Positions 37,601 to 48,655 of a stretch of DNA of 64,000 nt are shown here, piece after piece. The stretch covers positions 83,948,001-84,012,000 of the forward strand of contig NC_079164.1 in the NCBI RefSeq assembly GCF_947568905.1, given 5' to 3'. The notes beneath the pieces are model-generated. The model saw nothing but the letters and a program-made list of their open reading frames with translations, was not told the origin of the DNA and ran no database searches. How positions within the stretch are numbered: the first letter of the stretch is position 1; the number at the start of each line of letters is the position of its first letter. The position numbers were made by a program, and so were the translations under genes. The DNA comes from Ostrea edulis. Its lineage: Eukaryota.

Positions 37601-40576
37601 GTAGCCACCTTAGTAACCGTGTAAAGCCCGGGATCAGCCAAGTACAAAATTTTTCTGCTGAAGAACATGGATGTCTACGGTCTGTACACGGATTGTTCCC
37701 AGTAACTACACGGACAGACACGATAAATGCAGGGAAGACAGACCATGATAATCCGTGTATCTCTGTGATACAACTGTGGATGGACCGGCAGAAACCGTGA
37801 TCTTCCATATGCTCTGTGATCATGCTGGCACCGATCGGGATTTTTCCCCGGGACATACGGGTAGCTACCATGCTTATCCATAGAGAAACCAGTGTTTTCC
37901 GTGTCTGCATTGTGATAAGACCGTGTTGACACCGGCATTACGTCGGATCACCTCAAATGACTAGAATTTTGCATCCGGTGTTGACCAGCTCCTGATCCGT
38001 GAATGTGAAAGGGGCTTTATTGATGCAATTTGCACATGTGCAGAAATTTTCAGCAAAATATATAAATGCAATGAGTTTGCAATTTTATTGCCACATTTAT
38101 AAACCAAAATGCTGTGATGCCTAAATTTTAACCTCGTATGTAAATTAACGCCATCAAACTCAGTTGCTATGTGTAGACAAATGTAACTATGACGTCATAG
38201 TCATACGTCACAATATGAAACGCGAGCTTTTAAATGCATCTAAGATATTATATACATGTACATCTAAGGTATTCTACCACTATCTATTCCATGTATATGT
38301 TTATGTATTAGAGTGAATAAGATGTCAATGATACCAAAACTGAATCTGTGGTGAAAATCTAAAGAATGCTTTATACAGGGATTCGGTTCTAGCCTTTTAA
38401 GGTAATTCCATCCCACTAGAATTATAGGTTCAATCTTATATTTGATTGTTAATTCTTCAAATAAAATATCTTGGTAACAAATAAAAATGATAAAATAAGT
38501 ATGTTGCAGTATTGATAATTTTTTTATCAATTAGCACCCATATACTTGTTATCAACGTCAGAAAATGCAATTTTCCTTAAACAGCATTATCAAAATTTCA
38601 CAAAAACTGGTTAAAATGATATGAAAGTACATGTATTCATAACAATTTCATGAAACTGTTTCTTTAAAAAAATATACAAACTGTTTGTGAAAAATAAAGA
38701 AAATCTATCAGATAATGGAATTGATAAATGATTTTATTGAAAACAGCTATTGCCCTTGGATTCAATATTTTGAAACATATAATTGATTTTTCATATATAA
38801 CGTAGACTTTTGAAATATTTTATGGTTAACAAGATTTTTTACAATTACTATTGAAAAGACTCTAACAAAATTTATGTTCCTGTCAACATAAATCTGATTC
38901 AATCATTGACTTTGTGAAATCTATGACATCACAGGAGGTTGGAATTACATTAACTTCAGGCACAGCGAAGAAATGCAGCAATTTGATGCAATTCTTGTGC
39001 TGATCCACGTCCGAGTCTTCTTATCGGTAACGGAAAAAGATGAGCGTGTGATCCGATTGGGGCATATACATACATTTCTTGTTTGTAAAACACATTTGAT
39101 TAAATATTCCTGGTAAATGTTTTGCCCTCAATAATTATTTCCTCCACACTTTCTTAATCTTCTTCAAACTACCATAAATCCCTTTGAGATAAAAAAAAAC
39201 TGACATGAAAATCTAAGAAACTATGGAAAGATCATGGGACATTTAATTAATAAGAATGTAAGGAAAGTATAATTGTTATATTTAGAGAGTACACATAACA
39301 TGATCCATTTTTTGTTGTACATATATCATCAAGTTACATGAAGTTGTATTGGTAATTTTTCTGTGCATTTAATAAACATGTAACTTGCACATTATCTTTG
39401 TTGTGGCACTAATCCACAAACTTTTCTTATTATCCTCATGTGTTATTAAAATTTTAAGAAATTTAAAAATAAAAAGATTTGCATTGTACTAGTGGTGTTC
39501 TTATCATCGATTATAATCGAAAATCAGTCGATTGTTGGCAAATTCTAAGTGCTCGATTAGGAAAATTTTATTCCAAATAAGCGTTTTTAGATTTTGTTTT
39601 CTCAAGGACTGTAGGATTTGAAGAATATTCCCGCTGTGACCTATCTATTAACTTAAAAGTTTTGTTTATTGTAATGGCGACGCACATGAAAGCGAAAGTA
39701 TTCATACCCGGGAAAATCGTATTGACTTTTATAAATGTAATTAAAGGATATTAAGATAGTAAATGAATAACAAACACAAACAGAAAATATTCATTTACAC
39801 AATCTCTGCAATAAATTATATTGGTTGTTTCAACCAATATAAATGTAGAAAATATTTTTTCAGTAGTTAAATGACTTGCATTATAGAATTTCTCTATGTC
39901 CAATTATCTCACCGATTCCCATCACTACATTGTAGATACTTTCACTTTATAGGAACTATCTTCCTTGTAGTATACTAGTATAGTATTACATGTATATGTA
40001 GTAAATTCAATGAAATACTTGCATCTATCATCAATCTGAAGATTGTTTTCAGGTACATAACCAATTATATTTTGATTCAACAAGTTCTCAATATTAAACA
40101 CAGTTAAATTCAATATATTATTAACTGTGACAGATTGATTATTTGTTGCAGAGAAAATGAAGAATGAGACTGGTACAAAAAGGGGCAAGCTAGAAAAGTT
40201 AACTTCAGGGACTGAAAACTCCATAAAGGAAGCAAAATGTGAGAAAAAAAGAAAAGAGAGTTCCAGAGCAGTGAAAGAACTTTACATGGATGAGAGTACA
40301 GCCAACACTGAGAATATAGAACCAGAGTTAGACACAACAGAGAAGAAAACAGAAAGTGAAATAGAATACAAAAAAACGAAATCGGTTTCTCTGAGTGATG
40401 AAATTAAGATGTTAGATACTGAGGGTAGGGAAGAAATTGGTTCGTTGTCAGAGAAAGATCATTTTCAAAGGTCAGGTTCGTATGACAAACCAGCAAAAAG
40501 TAAAGGTCGTAGGGTCACCAATATTGTCAAAGCTGAGATACCAGATTCCAAAGTGAATGAATGTTCACCGCAGTGA
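28644..40576 (+). CDS. SPDL1: Spindly (dynein-dynactin kinetochore adaptor)
   Basis: Exons 31579-31740, 33728-33913, 34276-34425, 34537-34635, 34750-34839, 35930-36070, 36733-36833, 37032-37216 and 40152-40576 are phase-compatible. Coiled coil, Spindly motif KGNSLFSE|VEDRR, ELRAKYEPE, C-terminal CaaX CSPQ. First coding exon 28644-28661 (MMDETE) is tentative. Confidence 0.88.
28840..29280 (+). pseudogene. 3' fragment of a LINE ORF2 (C-terminal Cys/His region)
   Basis: LSSHNLEITVERGRH..RICKLC / NSNNIENETHFL..CKCYE, interrupted by a SINE. Confidence 0.65.
28930..29034 (-). mobile_element. Short tRNA-derived SINE inserted in the LINE fragment
   Basis: GGTAGAGC A-box and GGTTCGAATCCC B-box on the minus strand, 8-nt anticodon-like loop, non-tRNA 3' tail ending TGTTACA. 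Confidence 0.75.
29463..29865. mobile_element. MITE (CAGTGA termini)
   Basis: TIR cagtgattttt / aaaattcactg; internal ttcccaatt motifs as in 7948-8333. Confidence 0.55.
31272..31335 (+). mobile_element. Degenerate tRNA-like SINE head
   Basis: ggtagcgcagtggttaaagc A-box and gagttcaaatccc B-box; acceptor stem does not pair. Confidence 0.45.
32378..33072. mobile_element. hAT-like MITE
   Basis: Termini TAGTGTTGAA / TTTCATCACTA, subterminal AATCG repeats, degenerate 8-bp flanks (atgttaaa / atattaag). Confidence 0.6.
32692..32861. mobile_element. Mutator-like MITE nested in the hAT-like MITE
   Basis: About 40-bp TIRs; 9-bp flanks gttatcaac / tttatcaac. Confidence 0.65.
33172..33629 (-). mobile_element. 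Pearl/HINE-like element
   Basis: ttattatacccccc..gggggtata hairpin end, (GTCT/GTCC)n microsatellite, ggtcaaaggtca core. Confidence 0.7.
36203..36600 (-). mobile_element. Pearl/HINE-like element, same family as 4950-5356
   Basis: Reverse-complement similarity (aattttacaggagttatgggacttt), terminal hairpin and T-run. Confidence 0.65.
37324..38016. mobile_element. PIF/Harbinger-like MITE
   Basis: About 22-bp TIRs (cccctttcac..attcacggat), TAA/TTA flanks, GC-richer interior. Source of the spurious ORFs at 37359-37938. Confidence 0.65.
38401..38949. mobile_element. TTAA-flanked MITE, second copy of 2345-2898
   Basis: Reverse-complement similarity along its length; TTAA at 38397-38400 and 38950-38953. 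Confidence 0.7.
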
Positions 40577-41187
40577 TACTGTGTTATGCTAATGATTGTT
40601 GTGTAAAAACCATTTCAAGAAATGTTAATGTGGTCTATGTTGATCTAGAATGGATTATCCCTAGTGGAAAAAACATTGAGTGATGATGATGAATCTTTTA
40701 TTTAATTAATCTTTGCAAGTCTGTCTGATTGAAAGGTGAATTAGACAAGACTTCCAAAGATGAATTTAATTGGATGATGCATTTAGTAATACACTACTTT
40801 ACAAAGTTAAAGAGAATATAGTAAATTTCCCATGTGTGTGTGTGTGAAACATTTCTGAGGATATCATTAAGTTTTTCATCTCATACCTGTTACAGGAAGG
40901 ACAGGTTTGGAAGGGAAATTGCCATGCAGTTGATAACCTTAGTAGTCAAAACATCATATTACATCAAAGTTATAGCCAGTAACCAAATGCCATATACAGA
41001 CCGGTCTTTTACATTCTACGTAGATGATGGGAGGGCAAAAAGGTCATAGATCAAGGTCATTGTAGTCAGTAAGCGACTGTAAGATAAAAAACTCAAGAGA
41101 TGTTGCCTTTTGATTTCTAGGTTCGTTAATCAATATCGTAATTTAGTATCCAAGGTAATAACAGTGCCGATAGGGTACCTCATGAAA

Positions 41188-41398
41188 TACTGTAAACGTA
41201 TTATATTTGGTGTGTACGATATTTGGCGGAAATCGTTTTTTCAACAAGTTAGCATAGATTTGATTTAGCGCATTCCTGAATTACTTTAAACATCTAGATT
41301 TACGGATGGCACTTAGCGATGTACTTGATTTAGCGGAAGCTGCGTTCCGCCAAAGGCGCTAAATAGAATACACAGCCAAATGTAATACATTTACAGTA
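41188..41398. mobile_element. TA-flanked MITE (Tc1/mariner type)
   Basis: TA-CTGTAAACGTATTA ... TAATACATTTACAG-TA. Confidence 0.65.
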
Positions 41399-41867
41399 TG
41401 TGCACATGTCATTCTCTGCTCCTCATGTATATAAAGACCAAAATTTTCAATGTATAGTTGCTTTATATATGCATGTGTGTATACTGGGGGAGGGGGGGGG
41501 GGTATAAGTTTGGTTTCTATGATGTCAGGTATATATGTATTAGACGTGTATCAATATGGCATTAGTTATATTGATCGTAGGTCTGTATGATCTGCATATT
41601 GTCAGTATGATGTTGATATTATAACTTGTATATATCAATAATCTGGAATGATTGTCAGTCTGACATAAGTTTAAAGGTGTTTTAACCCTCATTATTTTAG
41701 TAATTTTCATTTGTTATTTTTATACAGTTAATGAACGAGTTCATACACTAGGTCTTGTGATTTTCAACTTGAAAATAAAACTAAATGTACCACTATGACA
41801 AAATAAACAGTTCAACAAAAAACTCAACAATGTTAAGTTATTAAAATGATGAAAATTGTAGTGTGAT

Positions 41868-43265
41868 ACACATTCACGTTTGTATCATGGTGAGGTAGTA
41901 TGTTCTCTGGACCCACATTCACGTTTGTATCATAGTGAGGTAGCTATGTTCTCTGGACCCACATTCACGTTTGTATCATGATGAGGTAGCTATACTCTCT
42001 GGACCCACATTCACGTTTGTATCATGGTGAGGTAGCTATGCTCTCTGGACCCACATTCACGTTTGTATCATGGTGAGGTAGCTATGCTCTCTGGATCCAC
42101 ATTCACGTTTGTATCATAGTGAGGTAGCTATACTCTCTGGATCCACATTCACGTTTGTATCATAGTGAGGTAGCTATGTTCTCTGGACCCACATTCACGT
42201 TTGTATCATGATGAGGTAGCTATACTCTCTGGACCCACATTCACGTTTGTATCATGGTGAGGTAGCTATGCTCTCTGGACCCACATTCACGTTTGTATCA
42301 TGGTGAGGTAGCTATGCTCTCTGGATCCACATTCACGTTTGTATCATAGTGAGGTAGCTATACTCTCTGGATCCACATTCACGTTTGTATCATAGTGAGG
42401 TTGCTATGCTCTTTGGATCCACATTCACGTTTGTATCATAGTGAGCTAGATATCTTCTCTGGACCCACATTCACGTTTGTATCATGGTGAGGTAGCTATG
42501 CTCTCTGGATCCACATTCACGTTTGTATCATGGTGAGGTAGCTATACTCTCTGGACCCATATTCACGTTTGTATCATGGTGAGGTAGCTATGCTCTCTGG
42601 ACCCATATTCACGTTTGTATCATAGTGAGGTAGCTATACTCTCTGGACCTACATTCACGTTTGTATCATGGTGAGGTAGTTATATTATCTGGACCAACAT
42701 TCACATCTCTATCATGGTGAGGTAGCTATGCTCTCTGGACCCACATTCACGTCTGTATCATGGTGAGGTAGCTATGCTCTCTGGACCCATATTCACGTTT
42801 GTATCATAGTGAGGTAGCTATGCTCTCTGGACCCACATTCACGTTTGTATCATGGTGAGGTAGCTATGCTCTCTGGACCCACATTCACGTTTGTATCATG
42901 GTGAGGTAGCTATACTCTCTGGACCCACATTCACGTTTGTATCGTGGTGAGGTAGCTATGCTCTCTGGACCCACATTCACGTTTGTATCATGTTGAGGTA
43001 GATATGTTCTCTGGACCCACATTCACGTTTGTATCATGGTGAGGTAGCTATGCTCTCTGGACCCACATTCACGTTTGTATCATGGTGAGGTAGCTATGCT
43101 CTCTGGACCCACATTCACGTTTGTATCATGTTGAGGTAGATATGTTCTCTGGACCCACATTCACGTTTGTATCATGGTGAGGTAGCTATACTCTCTGAAC
43201 CCACATTCACGTTTGTATCATAGTGAGGTAGCTATACTCTCTGGACCCACATTCACGTTTGAATC
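41868..43265 (+). repeat. Homogeneous 46-bp minisatellite, about 30 copies, with higher-order blocks
   Basis: Unit ggacccacattcacgtttgtatcatggtgaggtagctatgctctct. Confidence 0.95.
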
Positions 43266-44584
43266 ACATGTTTTTGAATATGAATGAAAAGTTTACAATA
43301 TGAATAACAATTTATTGAATAAAAATAACATGTTTTTGAATATGAATGATAAAATTATCGAATATGAATAACAACTTTTCGAATATGAATGATATGCTTT
43401 AGAATATAAATTACAAATATGAATAACAAGATTAGTATAATAGTGCAACGTTTTACACGCCATACTGACAATGGTTGTTTTTTTTTCTCTGTAGTTTTAC
43501 GTACAGTATATCGAAGACGTATATAACGCACAAATGTCTCCGAGTGAACCTGACAAAATTTTGCACTCTTAAAAAGTGAAATTTGTCAGCAACTTGCCTT
43601 GTGTCGTTCAAATTGTGCATAACCTTAATAGAAGCACATCTAGTTGGAACTGGTGGTTCTTACTTTTTCTCACTACCAGAAGACGTACGTTTATAATGAT
43701 TTTCTCTCAGCGTTGTTGACTAGTCCGTTAGAATTTATTATCAGCGAGCTGAACACAGCTTGTCAAGAATGCCAAAAATAAATTTTATGTTTTTGTCTCC
43801 TTTTAAGTCCAGTCAAAACAATGTAAATAGCAGAAAGACAAACACGCGTGATGTTATTAGGTACATCGGTAATTGTAAATTTCTAGAAATGAGGGGGATA
43901 ACGAATTGTTTGCGAAGATTAAATGCAAAGGTCATTTATTTTTTTCTGCTCAGTTGAATTATAAAATGAAAATTAACCACGCAACCAGGGAAATCCTCAC
44001 ATTAAGGGACTTCTTGTTCAAATAGTATCATATACAGATTGGTATCTAGAAAAATTATCAGGGTGAATATACTTAACCTGGGCTTAAACCCTTGGGATTG
44101 TTCCTGTGTCTACATTACAATGTTCTATACATACAACCTTAGGTCAAAGCTCAAAAGAATCAATTTTAAAATGTAGGATTGGTCCAAGCTTGCAAGTTTT
44201 TTTCTTTTTCCTGACTACCGGTACCTGTTGAAAAATGGTTCAAATTTCAACGACTATGGGCTAGATTTTCAACGTTAATTGCGCTGCCCAAGTCGTTTTC
44301 AACGGTGTCAAAATTTTACGCTACAATGGCACAACCCTCCAAAGCAGTGTCACGGCCTTTTATTTTGCTAACTTTTTCAAAACAAAATGTTTTAATTAGG
44401 TGATTTGAATACAAATTCCATAAAAGTCTCATGAATCCTGAAAATTATACATTCACAAAGCATTTTTGTCAATATTTGAATGAGTGTTTATAAAAAATAA
44501 GAAATTTCGTGCCTTTCGTCAGCGTACGCTGAGTACATGTATACCAAGACCGATATGTCTTTACTTGAGAAATAAATTCCATTT

Positions 44585-44696
44585 TTGAAAATACATGAGG
44601 ACATGAATTGCGATGCTTCACACCAGCGTACTTTCACGAAGGGCACTTCATAAAAAGTGTCGGAATGAAGCATTGCAGTTCATCGTGTATTTTCAA
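44585..44696. mobile_element. Short fold-back MITE; longer relative at 56373-56929
   Basis: ttgaaaatacatgagg..tgaattgcgatgcttca and tgaagcattgcagttcatcgtgtattttcaa are inverted. Confidence 0.6.
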
Positions 44697-46092
44697 ACAC
44701 ATTCTACGTTCATATTGAAAACGCATTTAGAGGTTTTCAGCATCTTAGATGCAACGATGAAATTCCACAAGCTCTACGCATCATGCTGAATTAAACTATC
44801 TACACACTTGTCCAAATAGTTTAACAAACATCACCGATACAATCAGATGGTGTTAAACTCAAAACCTTTTAACCCTTTCTCGCTCAAGTATTTGCCCATC
44901 AAGTGGCTTGGAAAGCCACTGTGCGTAAACTGATGTTCGATCGAATGTTGAGTCTCAGACCAAGTTTCCCCAGGTGATACATGTATTTCACATCATTTAT
45001 CGATCATCTTCAATACTTATAAGTTATCACAAAATCTTGGCTCTGGGGATCAGTTGGTCACATCTTGAGCTTGCTTGCAGAGGAGGAATAGCCGCGCACT
45101 GACCTCTAACCGCCAGATAAAGGACAATCATATATATGTGCCTACATTTCTTCAGGACAATTTTAAAAATATTTAGGCTCTCTATCGATAGGTAGAACAA
45201 ATGTTGAACATACCTGTACAGACTAGATAAGATTTTCGGTGCATATTTAGCATTGGCATCTGATAACATGTGTAAAATTCGGCGTGGTAGGAACAACCGC
45301 TTTGTAAAACATTGTTTTCCAATCATTAAAACCATTTCAAACAGAAATAGACAACTATAAAAATAAAACACACTGCAAAACAAAGTTCGTGAAGGATTTT
45401 GAATTATTTGTTTACTTTTAGAGGCTATTGAGAATTTGTTTCCTCAATTTCTGAATGTTTTAAAACTAGCATTTTCAAGAAATTGATTACACTGAAATAC
45501 ACTAGATTAAATGGTCACTTCATAAAGATGCAGAAGGGCCATTGCATCGGTTCTAGTTGCATGAAAATGATGTGTCTGGTAACGGAATGGATGAAGTCCA
45601 ACAAAACGGTTTTACAATAGACAAATGTCTCGAAATTCGAAATGTCCATGTATACAACAAAACACGTCAGCAATTTTGGCCAATGAAAAGACCTATTTCC
45701 ACCAACTAGTATACATCACAAAAATATCCATGGTTTCGGATTATGTTATTCAAATAAAACATTCAATTAATGTTCTTATTTACTGGTCGAACGAATGGAA
45801 AAAAGTAAATTTTTGTTGCGGACCGGAAAATCTTAGTTAAACGATGCCCAAGAACAAGGTAGCCTGCAATAAAGCGTTTAAAATGTCACCTCGAGACCAA
45901 GGTATCACGTAGTAACACGCGTTCTTCATTTGTCAATTACTCATTACATCCATTTTGTGTTTTCTGGAAATGTTCGAATGTTGTTCTTGTAAATCGTACA
46001 CGTACCGGAGCGCTCTTTACCACTACAACCATATTTACCAAACTATATAAACCCCCAAATTCATACATAAAATTATCCTTGTATTTGTTGCC

Positions 46093-46206
46093 ATGGAAAC
46101 TTGGGTCCAGTATATGGTACAGGCAGTAGCCATAGTGGCTATCCTTCTGGATGCCGTGTATGGTCAATCCAGCGATGATCCAGCCTCCTGGGATGAATGG
46201 AACTAA
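46093..46206 (+). CDS. Small secreted peptide precursor A (37 aa): METWVQYMVQAVAIVAILLDAVYG-QSSDDPASWDEWN
   Basis: TATATAAA 46044-51, gccATG context, hydrophobic signal-like N-terminus ending VYG, AATAAA near 46385. Aligns with precursor B. Confidence 0.65.
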   Translation: METWVQYMVQAVAIVAILLDAVYGQSSDDPASWDEWN

Positions 46207-46701
46207 AGGTCAAGGTTTATTGTGGGCACAAAGGTGGGGGTGATTTTTAAAGTTGAAGATCGTAAATTCCAGCGATAGAGTTACTAACAATGGTAATGGC
46301 GGTGCAGGTTTGCTTTCCTTACTGTGCATTTCTAAAAATATATCAAGTTATCGTTCAACAAGTTTGATACTCACGAGGCATTTTAATAAAACATTTCTAA
46401 GAAATCCGAATTCACCGTGAGCGGTAACCCTATATTTGGGCGATTTATCGACAGCCAGACATAAAGACCGTGAAACAACAAAACATGCAACATAAAAGGA
46501 ACTTCCTAAACTATGACACAAACTGTTTCCGCGTTATTTCAAATATTCTTGTTTAACAACTTCCCAAAACATCCTACGTAGTACGTTTTTTACGTTGTTT
46601 TGAACCGTGTGAGACTATATAAGCTAAACTCCGACTGTTGGTCTTCACTCAACGTTCAAACGCAGAGTCCTCCACTTCAAGTAGTAACTATAGCAACAAA
46701 G

Positions 46702-46851
46702 ATGGAGTCAGTCCGCCAATATATCTACCAGGCCGCTACCTTTGCCATGGTGGTCATGCTTCAAGCGGCGTTTGCCCAGTACCAAGATGACAACAACGGT
46801 GGCGATTTCTTGTACGGTCCATACCGCTACATCAACAGATATGGTTACTAA
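46702..46851 (+). CDS. Small secreted peptide precursor B (49 aa): MESVRQYIYQAATFAMVVMLQAAFA-QYQDDNNGGDFLYGPYRYINRYGY
   Basis: TATATAA 46616-22, aagATGg context, signal-like segment ending AFA, Tyr/Gly/Asp-rich mature part. Paralogous to A. Confidence 0.7.
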   Translation: MESVRQYIYQAATFAMVVMLQAAFAQYQDDNNGGDFLYGPYRYINRYGY

Positions 46852-47502
46852 GGTAAACGCGTTTCGAAACTTTGGTATGACGTCACTATTTCTCACCGCT
46901 GTCTCCTAAATACATTTTGCTAAATTACATTGGAGGATATTTTCTCTCTCTCTAAATTTTTGTTGTTTAAAAGTTAAATCCAAAATTAAGTTTTAAAATT
47001 TATTTCTTATAATTTGAATAGCAAGAGGGAAAAAAATCAATACGGTTGACAATATTATTTATAAAAGACTAGCGATACTCCTAGCAAACGACAATTTTCC
47101 TTATGACTGTTCTGGGTTTTTAATCGCATTATTTAAGGGCCAGGTCTTGTTCATGCACCGGATATCAATCATAAATCCACAATTTCCTTTTGATCTAGTT
47201 TATTTAACAGAAAAGGTACCAAACTCATACCAGAAACACGCGTTTAAAATCAGAATTGTCGCGTTTTTTGACGAAAAACATGGAAAAAAACCCAACACAA
47301 CAAATTTGCTTTCTTTTGAAATTTATGAAAAACTATTCAATTTACACACCGCAGATTTGTAAAGTAGAACGGACATTTCCTGGAAATCATTCTTTCATCA
47401 AAATTTCCATATAAAAACTCGTCAGTATCGTGAATGTTTGCACAGTGCCAAAGATACATATACTAAAGTGTGCGCAAGAGATTTTGGTGATAGTGAAACG
47501 CC

Positions 47503-47854
47503 ATGTTCAGACCCCTGCTCATATTTGCTCTGTGCCTGGCTTTTGTGGTTTTAACATCAGGCTTATCATTAGACGAGGGAGCTTACTACATGGGGAGGAA
47601 TGAAAACGGTCGGCATTTCGTTCTCTAGTTAGAATAGTTCATACAAATTATCTGTCGATTAATTTCTAAAAGACGGAGCATTGAATTTTATTTTTTAGAC
47701 TTTATAATAACGTTTACTATGTTGTAACAATTACTTCAATATATTTCTAAAAGTATTGAACTCTACCATGTCTTTAGTGTAGCTTGTTTTATTTTCAGGA
47801 TATGACGATTGTTATTGGGCCGGTGACGAATGGACATGTGGTAATGGATACTAG
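47503..47854 (+). CDS. Small secreted peptide precursor C (53 aa if spliced): MFRPLLIFALCLAFVVLTSG-LSLDEGAYYMGRNENGYDDCYWAGDEWTCGNGY
   Basis: TATAAAA 47410-16, gccATG, classic signal peptide. Exon 47503-47608 (donor AACG|gtcggc) joins exon 47799-47854 (acceptor tttattttcag) in phase 1. AATAAA near 47968. Unspliced it would be 41 aa ending at 47628. Confidence 0.65.
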
Positions 47855-48655
47855 TCAACAAATTAGAACCATCTCATCTTGTAGTACCAAATTCCGGACA
47901 TCAATCAGAAAATACATGTTGGCAACCAAATATTTTGTTGTATGCATTCAAATTGTATCTCGTGGTCAATAAACAATCGTTGCTTCCTATCACTTGTATT
48001 TGTTTGGGTTTTGTTTTCAAGTTATTCTATTGAATAATCGAACGGACAGGAGACAAGTTATTTCACCTTACTAGCTCCTACCCCAACATTTCATAATTTG
48101 GAAATATGATTGGGGTCGTGATATATGATATTGGTAAAAGTTTTCGATTAAACTCGAGATGTCTCGAAAAATGGTATTCATTTGCCGTTTAATGGATATC
48201 AAGTTGAGTTTACATGTATTGACATTATACTCTAGCTGTTCCTGACTGCTAAGTAAAGTAGGAGATGCTTGGGTTTTCTAAAAGTATATTACTTTGCTAC
48301 AAGGAATGTGCACATTCTGTATACACATGGAGTCACAAAGTTTTTACGTGGAATTCAAAAAGATGAAATTTCGTTTCTAAATGGAATAGATTTTCATGGA
48401 GAGGTAAAATCATGCCCATAAAACCGCATAACCGCGAAGATGGTTGTAGCCGCTGACGCACTAATATTTCAGTACTTGTTGGTACCATTTTTTGGGAGGT
48501 ATCTTTTTCATAGGTCCAATCTTGTTAAAAAAACCTAAAAGCTAATTAAATTCATATTTTAATATGTTATAAAAATATCTCAAAGAAACTGCAACATTGT
48601 TCATAAGCACATCAGTCATGTACAGTATATACAAAATGTACCGTAGTGAATGATC

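Noticed and set aside
37359-37938. Overlapping 73-130-aa ORFs
   Set aside because: All lie in the GC-richer interior of a TIR-bounded MITE and show no transposase or other motifs.
41868-43265. CRISPR-like regular array
   Set aside because: Units are contiguous near-identical 46-mers with no unique spacers, the context is eukaryotic and there are no cas genes.
45027-45383. 118-aa minus ORF as a fourth secreted peptide
   Set aside because: No convincing signal peptide, TATA spacing or homology to A, B or C; composition looks like random AT-rich translation.
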